NCBI RefSeq assembly: GCF_004296475.1 | Contig: NZ_AP018162.1 | Span: 120,001-152,000 of the forward strand | Reading direction: 5' to 3' | From: Candidatus Saccharimonadota bacterium | GTDB taxonomy: Bacteria; Pseudomonadota; Gammaproteobacteria; Enterobacterales; Enterobacteriaceae | DNA length: 32,000 bases | Shown here: positions 9,421-18,975 of the stretch, piece after piece | Position numbering within the stretch: position 1 is the stretch's first letter | How the letters are laid out: each line of letters opens with the position of its first letter | The notes under the pieces: model-generated | What the model saw: only the letters and a program-made list of their open reading frames with translations | Database searches by the model: none | Told to the model about the DNA's origin: nothing | Program-made: the position numbers and the translations under genes

Positions 9421-10578
9421 ATGAAATATTTTTTATTTAAATTTACTTTAGTAATATTATTTTTAATAACTAATATATCTTGTATATTAGCCAAAGAAAA
9501 TAAATTTAAAACAAAATTTAATATAGATTTTTATAATTCAAGAATATTTAATCTAAGAGATAATTTAGTATCAACGTTTCCTTTAATGTCATTTGAATTA
9601 AATTCAAAAACTAATATATATAAAAATATATATGGATTTTGTTATATAAAGCATGATATATGTATTAATGATATAGATTCTAAAAATATTAAATATAATA
9701 AAACTAGATTAAGTTATTTAGGATTAAAACATAATAAAATTGGATCATTAAGTTTTGGTAGAAATTATGGGGTTTTATATAAACCATTAGAATATACAAA
9801 TACATTAAATTATCCAATGTTAATTGAATCTTGTATATCTGATAATTTTTTATCAGATAAAGCTAGTAATTTAATTACATATAATACATTTAGTTTAATT
9901 AAAAATTTAAATCTTATTTTTCAATTTCAATTTAAAAATTTAGAATATACTTCAAATCCAAAAATTGAATCAAATAGAACTATAAGAGAATCTAATGATA
10001 TTGGTATAGGTTTAGGTGCTGAATATTCTTTTAAAAATTTTTTAAAATTAGCTGCTGGATATAATAGATCATTACGCACATATCAACAAATATTTTCTAC
10101 TAATAATAAATGTGATATTGCTGAAGGGTTTTCATTAGCATATGAAATAAAAAAAAAAAATGTTAGTTTATCTTCTTCATATGTTAAAAAATACAATATG
10201 ATTCCTTATGGAAATCTTAATGTTAAATCTTTTTTTAGTGATGATGAGTTATTAAAAAATACAGATGAAAATTTTGGATTTTTAAGTGAATATGATAATA
10301 CACAATTTACTCTTAAATATACATCTGATATAGGTATTGTGCCATCTATTAGTGTATATAAAATAACTGGTATAAAATATTTAACTAATAATTTAAAAGA
10401 AGATATAGAAAATTCAATAAATTTTGGTATTAAATATATTATAAATAATAATTTAAATGCATTTTTAGATTTTAAAGTAGTATTAAAATCTTATAAAAGA
10501 GATAGTTATAATACATTAAATTATTTATATAAAAATACAAATAATATTATTTTTTTAGGATTAAATTATAAATTTTAA
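9421..10578 (+). CDS. Outer-membrane general porin, OmpC/OmpF family
   Basis: 385 aa with an N-terminal signal peptide. FGRNYGVLY matches the enterobacterial porin motif DYGRNYGVVYD. The sequence shows an alternating beta-strand pattern and ends LGLNYKF, with the terminal Phe typical of OM beta-barrels. Confidence 0.8.
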   Translation: MKYFLFKFTLVILFLITNISCILAKENKFKTKFNIDFYNSRIFNLRDNLVSTFPLMSFELNSKTNIYKNIYGFCYIKHDICINDIDSKNIKYNKTRLSYLGLKHNKIGSLSFGRNYGVLYKPLEYTNTLNYPMLIESCISDNFLSDKASNLITYNTFSLIKNLNLIFQFQFKNLEYTSNPKIESNRTIRESNDIGIGLGAEYSFKNFLKLAAGYNRSLRTYQQIFSTNNKCDIAEGFSLAYEIKKKNVSLSSSYVKKYNMIPYGNLNVKSFFSDDELLKNTDENFGFLSEYDNTQFTLKYTSDIGIVPSISVYKITGIKYLTNNLKEDIENSINFGIKYIINNNLNAFLDFKVVLKSYKRDSYNTLNYLYKNTNNIIFLGLNYKF

Positions 10579-10585
10579 TAATACA

Positions 10586-10903
10586 ATGATAAATAATAAA
10601 AAAAATAAATTTTTAATATATAAAAATTTTATAAAATTAAATGTAATATTTTTATCTATATTATTAATGTCTTTTTTTGGTTTTATGTTTAATAAAAAAA
10701 TAATTAAATATATAATTATGTTGAATAATGATATTTTTATTTTAAATTTAAAAAAAGTAGATAAAATAAAAATAAATGAATTTATAAAATTTAATGATTA
10801 TTATAAAATACCAAGTATAAAAAATGATTATAATGTTGATAATTTAGTTAGTAAAGATATTACATTTCCTCCTCATTTAAATCACTTAAATGATATTAAG
10901 TAA
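10586..10903 (+). CDS. Hypothetical small membrane-anchored protein (orphan ORF; may be spurious or a gene remnant)
   Basis: 105 aa, with a basic N-terminus followed by one hydrophobic helix (LNVIFLSILLMSFFGFMF). I recognise no homolog. It fills the only otherwise non-coding gap here. Its last 8 nt overlap the glnS 3' end on the opposite strand. Confidence 0.3.
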   Translation: MINNKKNKFLIYKNFIKLNVIFLSILLMSFFGFMFNKKIIKYIIMLNNDIFILNLKKVDKIKINEFIKFNDYYKIPSIKNDYNVDNLVSKDITFPPHLNHLNDIK

Positions 10904-12554
10904 TATTATTATTTTTTAAATTTATTATTTCATTTAATATAATATTATTATGTTTTGATTTTTTATTAATATAAAAATATCCTATTCTTTCTAATTGAAA
11001 TGATTTCATTTTTTTATATTTATAAAAAATATTTTTATTTAATTTTTCTATATATCCTTCTTTAATTAATATAGAATGTTTATTTATATATTTATTATAA
11101 TTTTTTAATAAATATGGATGTTTATGATTGAATAGATTTTTGTATATAAAAAATTTTGATTTAGAATTAACTAATGATGAAACCCAATGAATTATTATAT
11201 TTATTTTTTTTTTGTTAAAAAAAATTGAATTTAAACTATCTAAATAACATTCACATATTATATTATCTATAGAGTTATCATATTTTTTATTTACTTTTAA
11301 AATTTTTATAGTATATGAATATTTTAATTTTATTATTTTATTAAAAATAAAATCTAATTCTTCATTATATATATATTTTATAACATCTGATTTTTCTATA
11401 AATATTTTATTATTAAATAATATTTTTCTTTTTCCTAAATTTTTATCATTAGGATGATTATAAATTTCTAATATATTCTTATAAGAATCTTTAAGATTTT
11501 TTATATATAAAGATATAGGTTCTAATATAGCCATTAATCTAAAAGATTTATTATCTAAATCACTTCTTATACAAGATTCTAATAAAGATAATTTTATAAC
11601 ACTATTTTTTTTTGTAATACCTAATTTATTACAAAAATCTAATATTGAATTTGAAGTATATCCTTTATTTTTTAATCCAGATATAGTTAATATTCTAGGA
11701 TCATTCCATCCAGATATTGTATTATTATTTATAATTTTTTTTAATTTACTTTTTGATAGTACATTATACTCTAAATTTAATTTAGAAAATTCATACTGAA
11801 TTGGTACTATATCATCATTTTTGCATATATTATGTATTATCCAATTATATAATAATTTATTATTTATAAATTCTATTGTACATAATGAATGAGTTATTTT
11901 TTCTATATAATCTGATATACAATTAGCAAAATCATAAGTAGGATATATACACCAGTTATTTTTTGTTCTAATATGACTTTTAAATCTTATCCTATATAAA
12001 ACTGGATCTCTCATTGAGATTATAGAAGAATTCATATTTATTTTAGCTCTCAAACATACTTCATTTTCTTTAAAAAATCCATTTTTCATTTTATTAAATA
12101 AATAAATATTTTCTTCTATAGATCTATTTCTATAAGGACTATTTACACCATATTTGTTAAACGAGCCTTTATATTTATTCATAATATATAATGGCAATTC
12201 ATCAATATAAGCTAACCCTTTATTTATTAAATAAATTGCAAATTTAAATATTTTTAAGAAATAATTAGAAGAATATTTTACTTTACCATCCCATTTAAAA
12301 CCTAACCATTTTATATCATTCTTTATATTTTTAATATAATTTATATTTATATTTGATGGATTAGTGTCATCAAATCTTAAATTAAATATACCATTATATT
12401 TTTTTGCTATAAAAAAATTTATAAAAATTGTTTTAACATGACCTAAATGTAAATAACCATTGGGTTCTGGAGCGAATCTTGTTTTAATTAATATATTTTT
12501 TTTATTATATAAATATTTTTCTATATCTTTTATAATAAAATTATTTTTTATCAT
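10896..12554 (-). CDS. glnS: Glutaminyl-tRNA synthetase
   Basis: 552 aa. RFAPEPNGYLHLGHVK carries the HIGH motif, VLSKSKL is the KMSKS equivalent, and DDTNP is present. Colinear with E. coli GlnRS. Confidence 0.96.
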   Translation of the reverse strand: MIKNNFIIKDIEKYLYNKKNILIKTRFAPEPNGYLHLGHVKTIFINFFIAKKYNGIFNLRFDDTNPSNININYIKNIKNDIKWLGFKWDGKVKYSSNYFLKIFKFAIYLINKGLAYIDELPLYIMNKYKGSFNKYGVNSPYRNRSIEENIYLFNKMKNGFFKENEVCLRAKINMNSSIISMRDPVLYRIRFKSHIRTKNNWCIYPTYDFANCISDYIEKITHSLCTIEFINNKLLYNWIIHNICKNDDIVPIQYEFSKLNLEYNVLSKSKLKKIINNNTISGWNDPRILTISGLKNKGYTSNSILDFCNKLGITKKNSVIKLSLLESCIRSDLDNKSFRLMAILEPISLYIKNLKDSYKNILEIYNHPNDKNLGKRKILFNNKIFIEKSDVIKYIYNEELDFIFNKIIKLKYSYTIKILKVNKKYDNSIDNIICECYLDSLNSIFFNKKKINIIIHWVSSLVNSKSKFFIYKNLFNHKHPYLLKNYNKYINKHSILIKEGYIEKLNKNIFYKYKKMKSFQLERIGYFYINKKSKHNNIILNEIINLKNNNIT

Positions 12555-12576
12555 TTAATTATAATATAATAATATT

Positions 12577-12605
12577 TTGATTTTTAAAATTATAAAATAT
12601 ATAAT
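12577..12605 (+). promoter_or_regulatory. Candidate sigma70 promoter for the tRNA Met-Leu-Gln cluster
   Basis: TTGATT (12577-12582), a 17-nt spacer, then perfect TATAAT (12600-12605), about 25 nt upstream of the tRNA-Met 5' end. TATAAT-like hexamers are frequent by chance in DNA this AT-rich. Confidence 0.3.
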
Positions 12606-12630
12606 AATTATATATTTTATAATATAAAAT

Positions 12631-12703
12631 AGCTACGTAGCTTAACTGGAAAAGCACAACACTCATAATGTTGAAGTTACAGGTTCAAATCCAGTCGTAG
12701 CTA
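12631..12703 (+). tRNA. metT: tRNA-Met, elongator type (anticodon CAU), no encoded CCA
   Basis: Acceptor stem agctacg/cgtagct, anticodon stem caaca/tgttg with loop ctcataa, T loop ttcaaat. The AGCTACGTAGCT...CTCATAATG...CGTAGCT backbone resembles E. coli metT rather than the initiator or ileX. Confidence 0.88.
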
Positions 12704-12714
12704 ATAAAAATTCT

Positions 12715-12800
12715 ACGGGAATGGCGAAATTAGGTATACGCACTAGGTTTAGATCCTAGTACCATTTTTAGGTTTGTGAGTTCGAGTCTCTCTTCCCGTA
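12715..12800 (+). tRNA. leuW: tRNA-Leu (anticodon UAG), class II long variable arm, no encoded CCA
   Basis: Acceptor stem acgggaa/ttcccgt, anticodon stem ctagg/cctag with loop tttagat, a long variable arm, and T arm gtgag-ttcgagt-ctctc. Follows tRNA-Met as in the E. coli metT operon. Confidence 0.92.
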
Positions 12801-12812
12801 TTTTTATATATT

Positions 12813-12886
12813 TGGGATGTAGCCAAGAGGTTTAAGGCAACGGGTTTTGATCCCGTGATTCCTAGGTTCAAATCCTAGCATCCCAG
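12813..12886 (+). tRNA. glnU: tRNA-Gln (anticodon UUG), no encoded CCA
   Basis: Acceptor stem tgggatg/catccca, anticodon stem acggg/cccgt with loop ttttgat, T arm ctagg-ttcaaat-cctag. Resembles E. coli glnU. Confidence 0.92.
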
Positions 12887-12912
12887 TATTTTTATTTAAC
12901 ATTATATACAAT

Positions 12913-13665
12913 TTATATTGTAATTACTTCATAACTATTATTAGTTATTATAATTGTATGTTCATATTGTGCAGATAAGCTATGATCTTTAGTTTTAACA
13001 GTCCATCCATCATTCATAAGTTTAACTTTATTAGATCCAGAATTTATCATAGGTTCTATAGTAAATGATATACCAGGAGTTAGTATAAAATTATTATTAT
13101 TAGAATAATGTAAAATTTGAGGAAATTCATGTAATTTTCTACCTATTCCATGACCACAATAATCTCTAACAATCGAAAAATTATTTTTTTCTACAAAATT
13201 TTGTATTGTTTTACCTATATATTTTATATTTAATCCTGGTTTTAATATATTTATTGCTAAATCTAAACTTTTTTCTGCTACATAACATAATCTTTTTGAT
13301 AAAATTGTCGGTTTGCCTACAAAAAACATTTTTGAAGTATCTCCATAAAAACCATCTTTTAAAACTACAACATCTATATTTATTATATCTCCGTCTTTTA
13401 ATATTTTTTTATAACTAGGTATGCCATGACAAACTACTTCATTAACTGATGTACATATTGAATTTGGAAATCCTAAATATCCAAGAGATCCTGGATATGC
13501 ATTTTGAACATTTATTATATATTCATTACAAATATCATCTAGATACCCAGTGCTAACATTAGGTTTTATATAATCTTTTATCATATTTAATACATTAAAT
13601 GCTAGTTTTCCAGATAATTTAATTTTATTTATTTCTTCTTTGGATTTTATATTTATTATATTCAT
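12913..13665 (-). CDS. map: Methionine aminopeptidase, type I
   Basis: 250 aa. Metal-ligand contexts VCHGIP, DIINIDV, GDTS, CGHGIG, FTIEP and QYEHT are present. Divergent from rpsB, as in E. coli. Confidence 0.95.
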   Translation of the reverse strand: MNIINIKSKEEINKIKLSGKLAFNVLNMIKDYIKPNVSTGYLDDICNEYIINVQNAYPGSLGYLGFPNSICTSVNEVVCHGIPSYKKILKDGDIINIDVVVLKDGFYGDTSKMFFVGKPTILSKRLCYVAEKSLDLAINILKPGLNIKYIGKTIQNFVEKNNFSIVRDYCGHGIGRKLHEFPQILHYSNNNNFILTPGISFTIEPMINSGSNKVKLMNDGWTVKTKDHSLSAQYEHTIIITNNSYEVITI

Positions 13666-13761
13666 AAATTTTAATAAAATATTTAAAAAAATATATTTTT
13701 ACTGATATAATTAAATATTATAATTTATTTTAATGAAAATTTTAAATTTATTGGGGAATTA

Positions 13762-14433
13762 ATGAATATATCTACATATGATATGTTTAAATCTAAAATC
13801 CATTTTGGACATCATAGAAAATATTGTAATCCAAAAATGAAAAAATTTATTTTAGATTATTTTAATAATATTAGTATAATTAATTTAGATAAATCTTTGT
13901 ATTTGATGGAATATGCAATAGATGAGCTTTTTAAAGTATATAAAAATAATGGAAAAATATTATTTATAGGAACAAAAAAAATATTAAAAGAATCAATAAA
14001 AAATTTAGCTATTAAATATGATCAATTTTTTATAAATAATAGATGGTTAGGTGGTACATTAACAAACTGGGATACAATAAAACTTTCTATAAAAAAATTA
14101 GATTATTTAAATAAAATTTTTAATGATGATTTAATTAATAAAATTACTAAAAAAGAATATATAAATTATAAAAATAATATAGATAATTTAAGAAAAAATT
14201 TAGATGGAATTAAAAATATGATTAAATTACCAGATGCTCTTTTTGTAATAGATATAAATAAAGAAAAAAATGCTATTAATGAAGCAAATAAACTTAATAT
14301 ACCTATTTTTGCTATAGTAGATACAAATTCAGATCCAACTAATATAAATTTTGTTATACCAGGAAATGATGATTCAATAAAATCAATAGACTTTTATTTA
14401 TCAATTATAGATAATAAATTTGAAAATAAATAA
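13762..14433 (+). CDS. rpsB: 30S ribosomal protein S2
   Basis: 223 aa. DMFKSKIHFGHHRKYCNPKMKKFI matches E. coli [30 protein letters not shown] lies just upstream of the ATG. Confidence 0.95.
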   Translation: MNISTYDMFKSKIHFGHHRKYCNPKMKKFILDYFNNISIINLDKSLYLMEYAIDELFKVYKNNGKILFIGTKKILKESIKNLAIKYDQFFINNRWLGGTLTNWDTIKLSIKKLDYLNKIFNDDLINKITKKEYINYKNNIDNLRKNLDGIKNMIKLPDALFVIDINKEKNAINEANKLNIPIFAIVDTNSDPTNINFVIPGNDDSIKSIDFYLSIIDNKFENK

Positions 14434-14434
14434 T

Positions 14435-15190
14435 ATGGATATAAAAAAAATAATACAATTAAGAGATATTACTGGATTAAATCTAATAAATTGTAAAAAT
14501 ATTCTAATAAAATATAATTGGGATATAAATTTAGTTTTAAGTAATATAAATAAAGAAAATGTATTAAATATATACGATTATAAAAAAAATTTTAATAAAA
14601 AATCAATATATTCTATGTTATCTAAAGATAATAAATATGGTATATTGATAAAATTTAGTAGTGAGACTGATTTTATATTTAAAAATGATAATTTTTTATA
14701 TTTCAAAGAAAAAATATTAAAATATTCAGTACTAAATAAAATAAATAATTTAAATTTAATACTAAATGAATTTAAGTCTGATATAGAAAAAATAAAATTT
14801 AAATTTAAAGAAAACATATCTATAGATAAAATTTTATATTTGGAAGGAAATATTATAAATTCATATGTTCATTTAAATAAGATAGGAGTACTAATATCAT
14901 CTAATATAGATTTTAATTATAATACATTAAAATCTATATTAATTCAAATAGCAGCAAATAATCCAGAATATATATATGAATATAATATTCCAAAATATAT
15001 CATTGATGATGAAATAGAAAAATATAAAAAATTATATAATAATAATGATATTTTAAATAATAAAATAAAAGATTTTATTTATAAAAAAACTTTAACAAAT
15101 CAATATTCATTAACTAATAATGAAAAAATTATTGATTTATTAAATAAAACTAATACTGAAATTTTTGATTTTAAAAGATTAGAGATATAA
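14435..15190 (+). CDS. tsf: Elongation factor Ts
   Basis: The ORF-track start at 14420 is a TTG inside rpsB. The ATG at 14435, 1 nt after the rpsB stop, gives MDIKKIIQLRDITGLNLINCKNIL, which aligns with E. coli EF-Ts [21 protein letters not shown]. 251 aa, following rpsB as in the canonical operon. Confidence 0.88.
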   Translation: MDIKKIIQLRDITGLNLINCKNILIKYNWDINLVLSNINKENVLNIYDYKKNFNKKSIYSMLSKDNKYGILIKFSSETDFIFKNDNFLYFKEKILKYSVLNKINNLNLILNEFKSDIEKIKFKFKENISIDKILYLEGNIINSYVHLNKIGVLISSNIDFNYNTLKSILIQIAANNPEYIYEYNIPKYIIDDEIEKYKKLYNNNDILNNKIKDFIYKKTLTNQYSLTNNEKIIDLLNKTNTEIFDFKRLEI

Positions 15191-15197
15191 ATTTAAA

Positions 15198-15752
15198 ATG
15201 AATAATATTATAAATGATTTTAATAAAAAAATTAGTTTACATTTAGATTTTTTTAATAAAAAAATATTAAATATAAATATAAATAAAATTCCAATAGAAT
15301 TATTTAATAATATATATATAAAAGATAATAATAAAAATTTATTAATTAATAAAATTTCTAATATTTATCTAGAAGATTATAATAAATTAGTAATTGAAGT
15401 TATTGAAAGTAAATATTTAAAAAAAATATATAATGAAATATTAAATATTGATATAGAATTTAATATTTCTACTATAGATAATAAAATTTTAATTAAAGTT
15501 CCTATAAATACTATTGAAAGAAGAAATAAATTAATAAAATTATTAAAAGATAAATTAGAGAATGAAAAAATAAATATAAGAAATACAAGAAGGGACTTTA
15601 ATAATAAAATAAAAAAATTATTAAAAGATAAATTTATAAGTAAAGATGAATTTAAAATAAATTATAATAAAATAATTGATTTAACTAATAAATATATATT
15701 AGAACTAGAAAATATTGTTAGATTAAAAGAAAATGAAATTTTAAAAATTTAA
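15198..15752 (+). CDS. frr: Ribosome recycling factor
   Basis: 184 aa. IRNTRRDFNNKIKKLLKDKFISKDEF matches E. coli [26 protein letters not shown]. Confidence 0.92.
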   Translation: MNNIINDFNKKISLHLDFFNKKILNININKIPIELFNNIYIKDNNKNLLINKISNIYLEDYNKLVIEVIESKYLKKIYNEILNIDIEFNISTIDNKILIKVPINTIERRNKLIKLLKDKLENEKINIRNTRRDFNNKIKKLLKDKFISKDEFKINYNKIIDLTNKYILELENIVRLKENEILKI

Positions 15753-15766
15753 AATTTTTTTTAAAA

Positions 15767-16477
15767 ATGATAGATAACTTACCAGATCATGTTGCTATAA
15801 TAATGGATGGAAATGGAAGATGGGCAAAAAAAATAGGTAAACCTAGAATATTTGGACATAAGCATGGAATAAAATCTATTTATAAAATAATAAAATCTGC
15901 CATAAATTTTAATTTAAAAGTTTTAACTTTATATGCTTTTAGCAGTGAAAATTGGAGTAGACCTAAAAAGGAAATTGATTTTATAATGAATATTTTTACT
16001 AAAATTTTAAAAAAAGAAATAAAGAATTTAAATAATCAAAATATAAAAATAAATATTATAGGAGATAAAAATAAATTAAATAATAAATTAAAATCATGTA
16101 TAGAAAAAATTGAAGAAACAACTAAAAATAATAATAAATTAATATTAAATATAGCAATAAATTATGGAGGTAAATGGGATATATTACAAGCTTTAAAAAA
16201 AATAATTAATAATGTTATAATAGGTAAAATAAAAGTTGAAAATATATCTGAATCAACAATAGACAATTATATATGTATAAATAATTTTCCTAAAGTAGAT
16301 TTATTAATAAGAACAGGAGGAGAAAAAAGAATAAGTAATTTTTTACTTTGGCAAATAGCATATTCGGAATTTTATTTTACTAAAATATTGTGGCCTGATT
16401 TTAATGAAATAGAATTTAAAAAATCATTAATTTCTTTTTCTAAAAGAGATAGAAAATTTGGATGTATAAAAATTTAA
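15767..16477 (+). CDS. uppS: Undecaprenyl-diphosphate synthase
   Basis: 236 aa. HVAIIMDGNGRWAKK, AFSSENWSRP and RTGGEKRISNFLLWQIAYSEFYF are cis-prenyltransferase signatures. Confidence 0.95.
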   Translation: MIDNLPDHVAIIMDGNGRWAKKIGKPRIFGHKHGIKSIYKIIKSAINFNLKVLTLYAFSSENWSRPKKEIDFIMNIFTKILKKEIKNLNNQNIKINIIGDKNKLNNKLKSCIEKIEETTKNNNKLILNIAINYGGKWDILQALKKIINNVIIGKIKVENISESTIDNYICINNFPKVDLLIRTGGEKRISNFLLWQIAYSEFYFTKILWPDFNEIEFKKSLISFSKRDRKFGCIKI

Positions 16478-16497
16478 AATTATAAAGGTTTAATAAT

Positions 16498-18963
16498 ATG
16501 TTAAAAAAAATAATAAATTTAGTAATAACTTATACATTTTTTTCTATAGCAAACTGTGAAAGTTTATTTTCTTTAAATAAAGTATATTTTGAAGGTTTAT
16601 ATAGAATCCCTGAAAATGTATTAGTTAAATATTTAAATTCATATTCAAAAAATAATTTAATATCAGAAAAAAATATAAAAAATACAATAAAAGATATATA
16701 TTTGACTAAATATTTTTCTAAAGTAGAATTTTTTATAGATAATGATAAAGTACTAATAAGGGTAAAAGAAAATCCAATTATATCTAAAATAGAATTTATT
16801 GGTAATAAAAATTTAGATAGCGAAATAATGGAAGAAATGTGTATTAAAGCTGATATAAAAAGCGGAGATCCATTAAATAAATTTTTATTATTTAAATTAA
16901 AAAATAAAATAATTGAATATTATAATGATATAGGGAAATATAATATAATAGTTAATTTAGATACTAAATTAGATTCTATGAATAGAGTAAATGTTAGATT
17001 TTTAATAGATGAAGGGGAATATTCAAGAATAAGAAAAATTAACATTTCAGGTAATAAAATATTTAATAATAAAACTTTATTAAATAAATTTAAAAATCAT
17101 AAAAAAAGTATAATAAAATTATTATCAAAAGATGTATATAAAAGAAAAAAATTTATTGAAGATTTAAGTAATTTAAGTTTATTTTATATTGATAATGGAT
17201 ATGTTGGATTTAAAATAGAATCTTTATTTGTTAAATTTAATTCAAATAAATTATTTATAGATATAGATTTAAAATTAAATGAAGGAATAAAATATAAAGT
17301 TTCAAATTTACTTTCTGAAAGTAATGTTGATAATATTAAATTAGATGTTATATTAAATTATTTAAGTGGAATAAAAAAAAATTTTTTCTATAATAAAAAA
17401 AAAGTAAGTAAAATAAAAAATAAAATTTATAAAACTGTTAAAAAACAAAATTGTATAAATTTTGATATAAAATATAAAATTGATATTATAGATAAAGAAA
17501 AAGGAGAATTAAATATAATATTTAATATATATTCAATAGATAAAAAAATTGTTAATAATATTAATATAGAAGGAAATAATTATACTAATGAAGATTTTAT
17601 AAGAAATAGTATATCTCAAAAGGAATTTTCTATATTAAATTTAAATAATATAGAAAAAGATATATCTAACTTATATAAAACTGATTTATTTGTAGATGTA
17701 GATTGTAATATAATTGAAGATAAAAATAATAATGTAACTTTATTATATAAAGTTAATGAAGATAACGATATTAATGGTATTAATATAGGTTTATATATAA
17801 GTAATCTAGGAGTAAGTTTAAGAAATAATTTTTTTAAATATAATTTTTTAGGAACAGGAAGTTCCATAAAATTAAGTTCAAGTATAAATAAAAAAAAAAT
17901 ATCATACGACTTTTTTACTAAAGTCCCAATTATATTTAAAAAAAATATATTAAATATATATAATGATAATTTTTATAATAGAATATGTAACGAGGAAAAA
18001 AGTAGTTTTTTTTTTATAAAAAATACTGGTACAAAAATAGGGATTGGTATACCAATATTTAGTAATCAAGAAATAAGTTTTGATTATAATAGTCATTTTA
18101 ATGAATATGAATTTAATAGAGTTAATAATGAAAAAGTATTAACTTTCAAAGATAATTTATTAGTTTCTGAAGTTAAAAAAGGAGTTTTATTTTTAAATAA
18201 TATATATGAAAATTATTTAGATACTTTATTATCATTTAATTGGAGGTTAGATTCAACAAATAGATTATATTTCCCCACAAAAGGTAAAAAAATAAATTTT
18301 AATATACTATCATCATTTGTCCCTTCAAAAAATAAATATTATAGAATTTTAATTAAATTAAGAAGTGTAATTTCTAATGATTTATTAGGAATAAGATTAA
18401 GTAATTTATCACAATTAATGTATTTTGGTAATTTTTTAGATGGTAACAAATTTCCATCATATAATAATTTAAATTTATCTTCATTAGAAGAAATAAGAGG
18501 TTTTCCTATAAAAGAAGATATATTAAAATTAAAAATATTAAAATTTAGTAGTTTATTTAGTGATAATGTAGGAAAGTTAGAAGTATCAGATGATTCATTT
18601 AATAAAAGTAAACTATATATAGTATCAAAAAATGAATTATCTTTACCATTAAAATTTATAATAAGCAATAAATATATAAAAAGAAAAGTAGATTTATCAT
18701 TTTTTGTGGATTTAGGATTAAATATGGATATGACAGGATCAAAAAATATTCTTACTAAAGAAAGAGATAAGATTTATAAATCATTTAATTTTATTAGAAA
18801 TTTATTATATATAAATAAATCATTTGGAATATCATTTAAATATATTTTACCATTCGGTCCATTATCATTTTCATATTCTATACCATTTAAATATTCATTA
18901 AATCTTAATAAAGAAAATGAAATAACAAAATTCCAAATTAATTTAGGTAAAAAAATATGGTAA
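16498..18963 (+). CDS. bamA: Outer-membrane protein assembly factor BamA
   Basis: 821 aa with a signal peptide and POTRA-like N-terminal repeats (YFEGLYRIPENVL, INISGNKIF). The C-terminal barrel ends KFQINLGKKIW (E. coli ends FQFNIGKTW). Its syntenic position is downstream of uppS. Confidence 0.9.
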   Translation: MLKKIINLVITYTFFSIANCESLFSLNKVYFEGLYRIPENVLVKYLNSYSKNNLISEKNIKNTIKDIYLTKYFSKVEFFIDNDKVLIRVKENPIISKIEFIGNKNLDSEIMEEMCIKADIKSGDPLNKFLLFKLKNKIIEYYNDIGKYNIIVNLDTKLDSMNRVNVRFLIDEGEYSRIRKINISGNKIFNNKTLLNKFKNHKKSIIKLLSKDVYKRKKFIEDLSNLSLFYIDNGYVGFKIESLFVKFNSNKLFIDIDLKLNEGIKYKVSNLLSESNVDNIKLDVILNYLSGIKKNFFYNKKKVSKIKNKIYKTVKKQNCINFDIKYKIDIIDKEKGELNIIFNIYSIDKKIVNNINIEGNNYTNEDFIRNSISQKEFSILNLNNIEKDISNLYKTDLFVDVDCNIIEDKNNNVTLLYKVNEDNDINGINIGLYISNLGVSLRNNFFKYNFLGTGSSIKLSSSINKKKISYDFFTKVPIIFKKNILNIYNDNFYNRICNEEKSSFFFIKNTGTKIGIGIPIFSNQEISFDYNSHFNEYEFNRVNNEKVLTFKDNLLVSEVKKGVLFLNNIYENYLDTLLSFNWRLDSTNRLYFPTKGKKINFNILSSFVPSKNKYYRILIKLRSVISNDLLGIRLSNLSQLMYFGNFLDGNKFPSYNNLNLSSLEEIRGFPIKEDILKLKILKFSSLFSDNVGKLEVSDDSFNKSKLYIVSKNELSLPLKFIISNKYIKRKVDLSFFVDLGLNMDMTGSKNILTKERDKIYKSFNFIRNLLYINKSFGISFKYILPFGPLSFSYSIPFKYSLNLNKENEITKFQINLGKKIW

Positions 18964-18975
18964 TTAATATAAAAT

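Noticed and set aside
13206-13418. 70-aa ORF on the plus strand inside map
   Set aside because: It is entirely antisense to the well-supported map CDS. Its composition is low-complexity and Leu/Ile/Phe-rich, typical of the mirror frame of an AT-rich gene, and it has no homology or start context. The same reasoning applies to 14578-14817 (antisense to tsf), 17616-17867 and 18339-18668 (antisense to bamA), 23938-24156 (antisense to the der/yfgM junction) and 26887-27090 (antisense to murA).
14420-14434. ORF-track start of tsf at a TTG inside the rpsB 3' end
   Set aside because: The ATG at 14435, 1 nt after the rpsB stop, aligns with the EF-Ts N-terminus. The five extra codons (KINN) have no homolog support.
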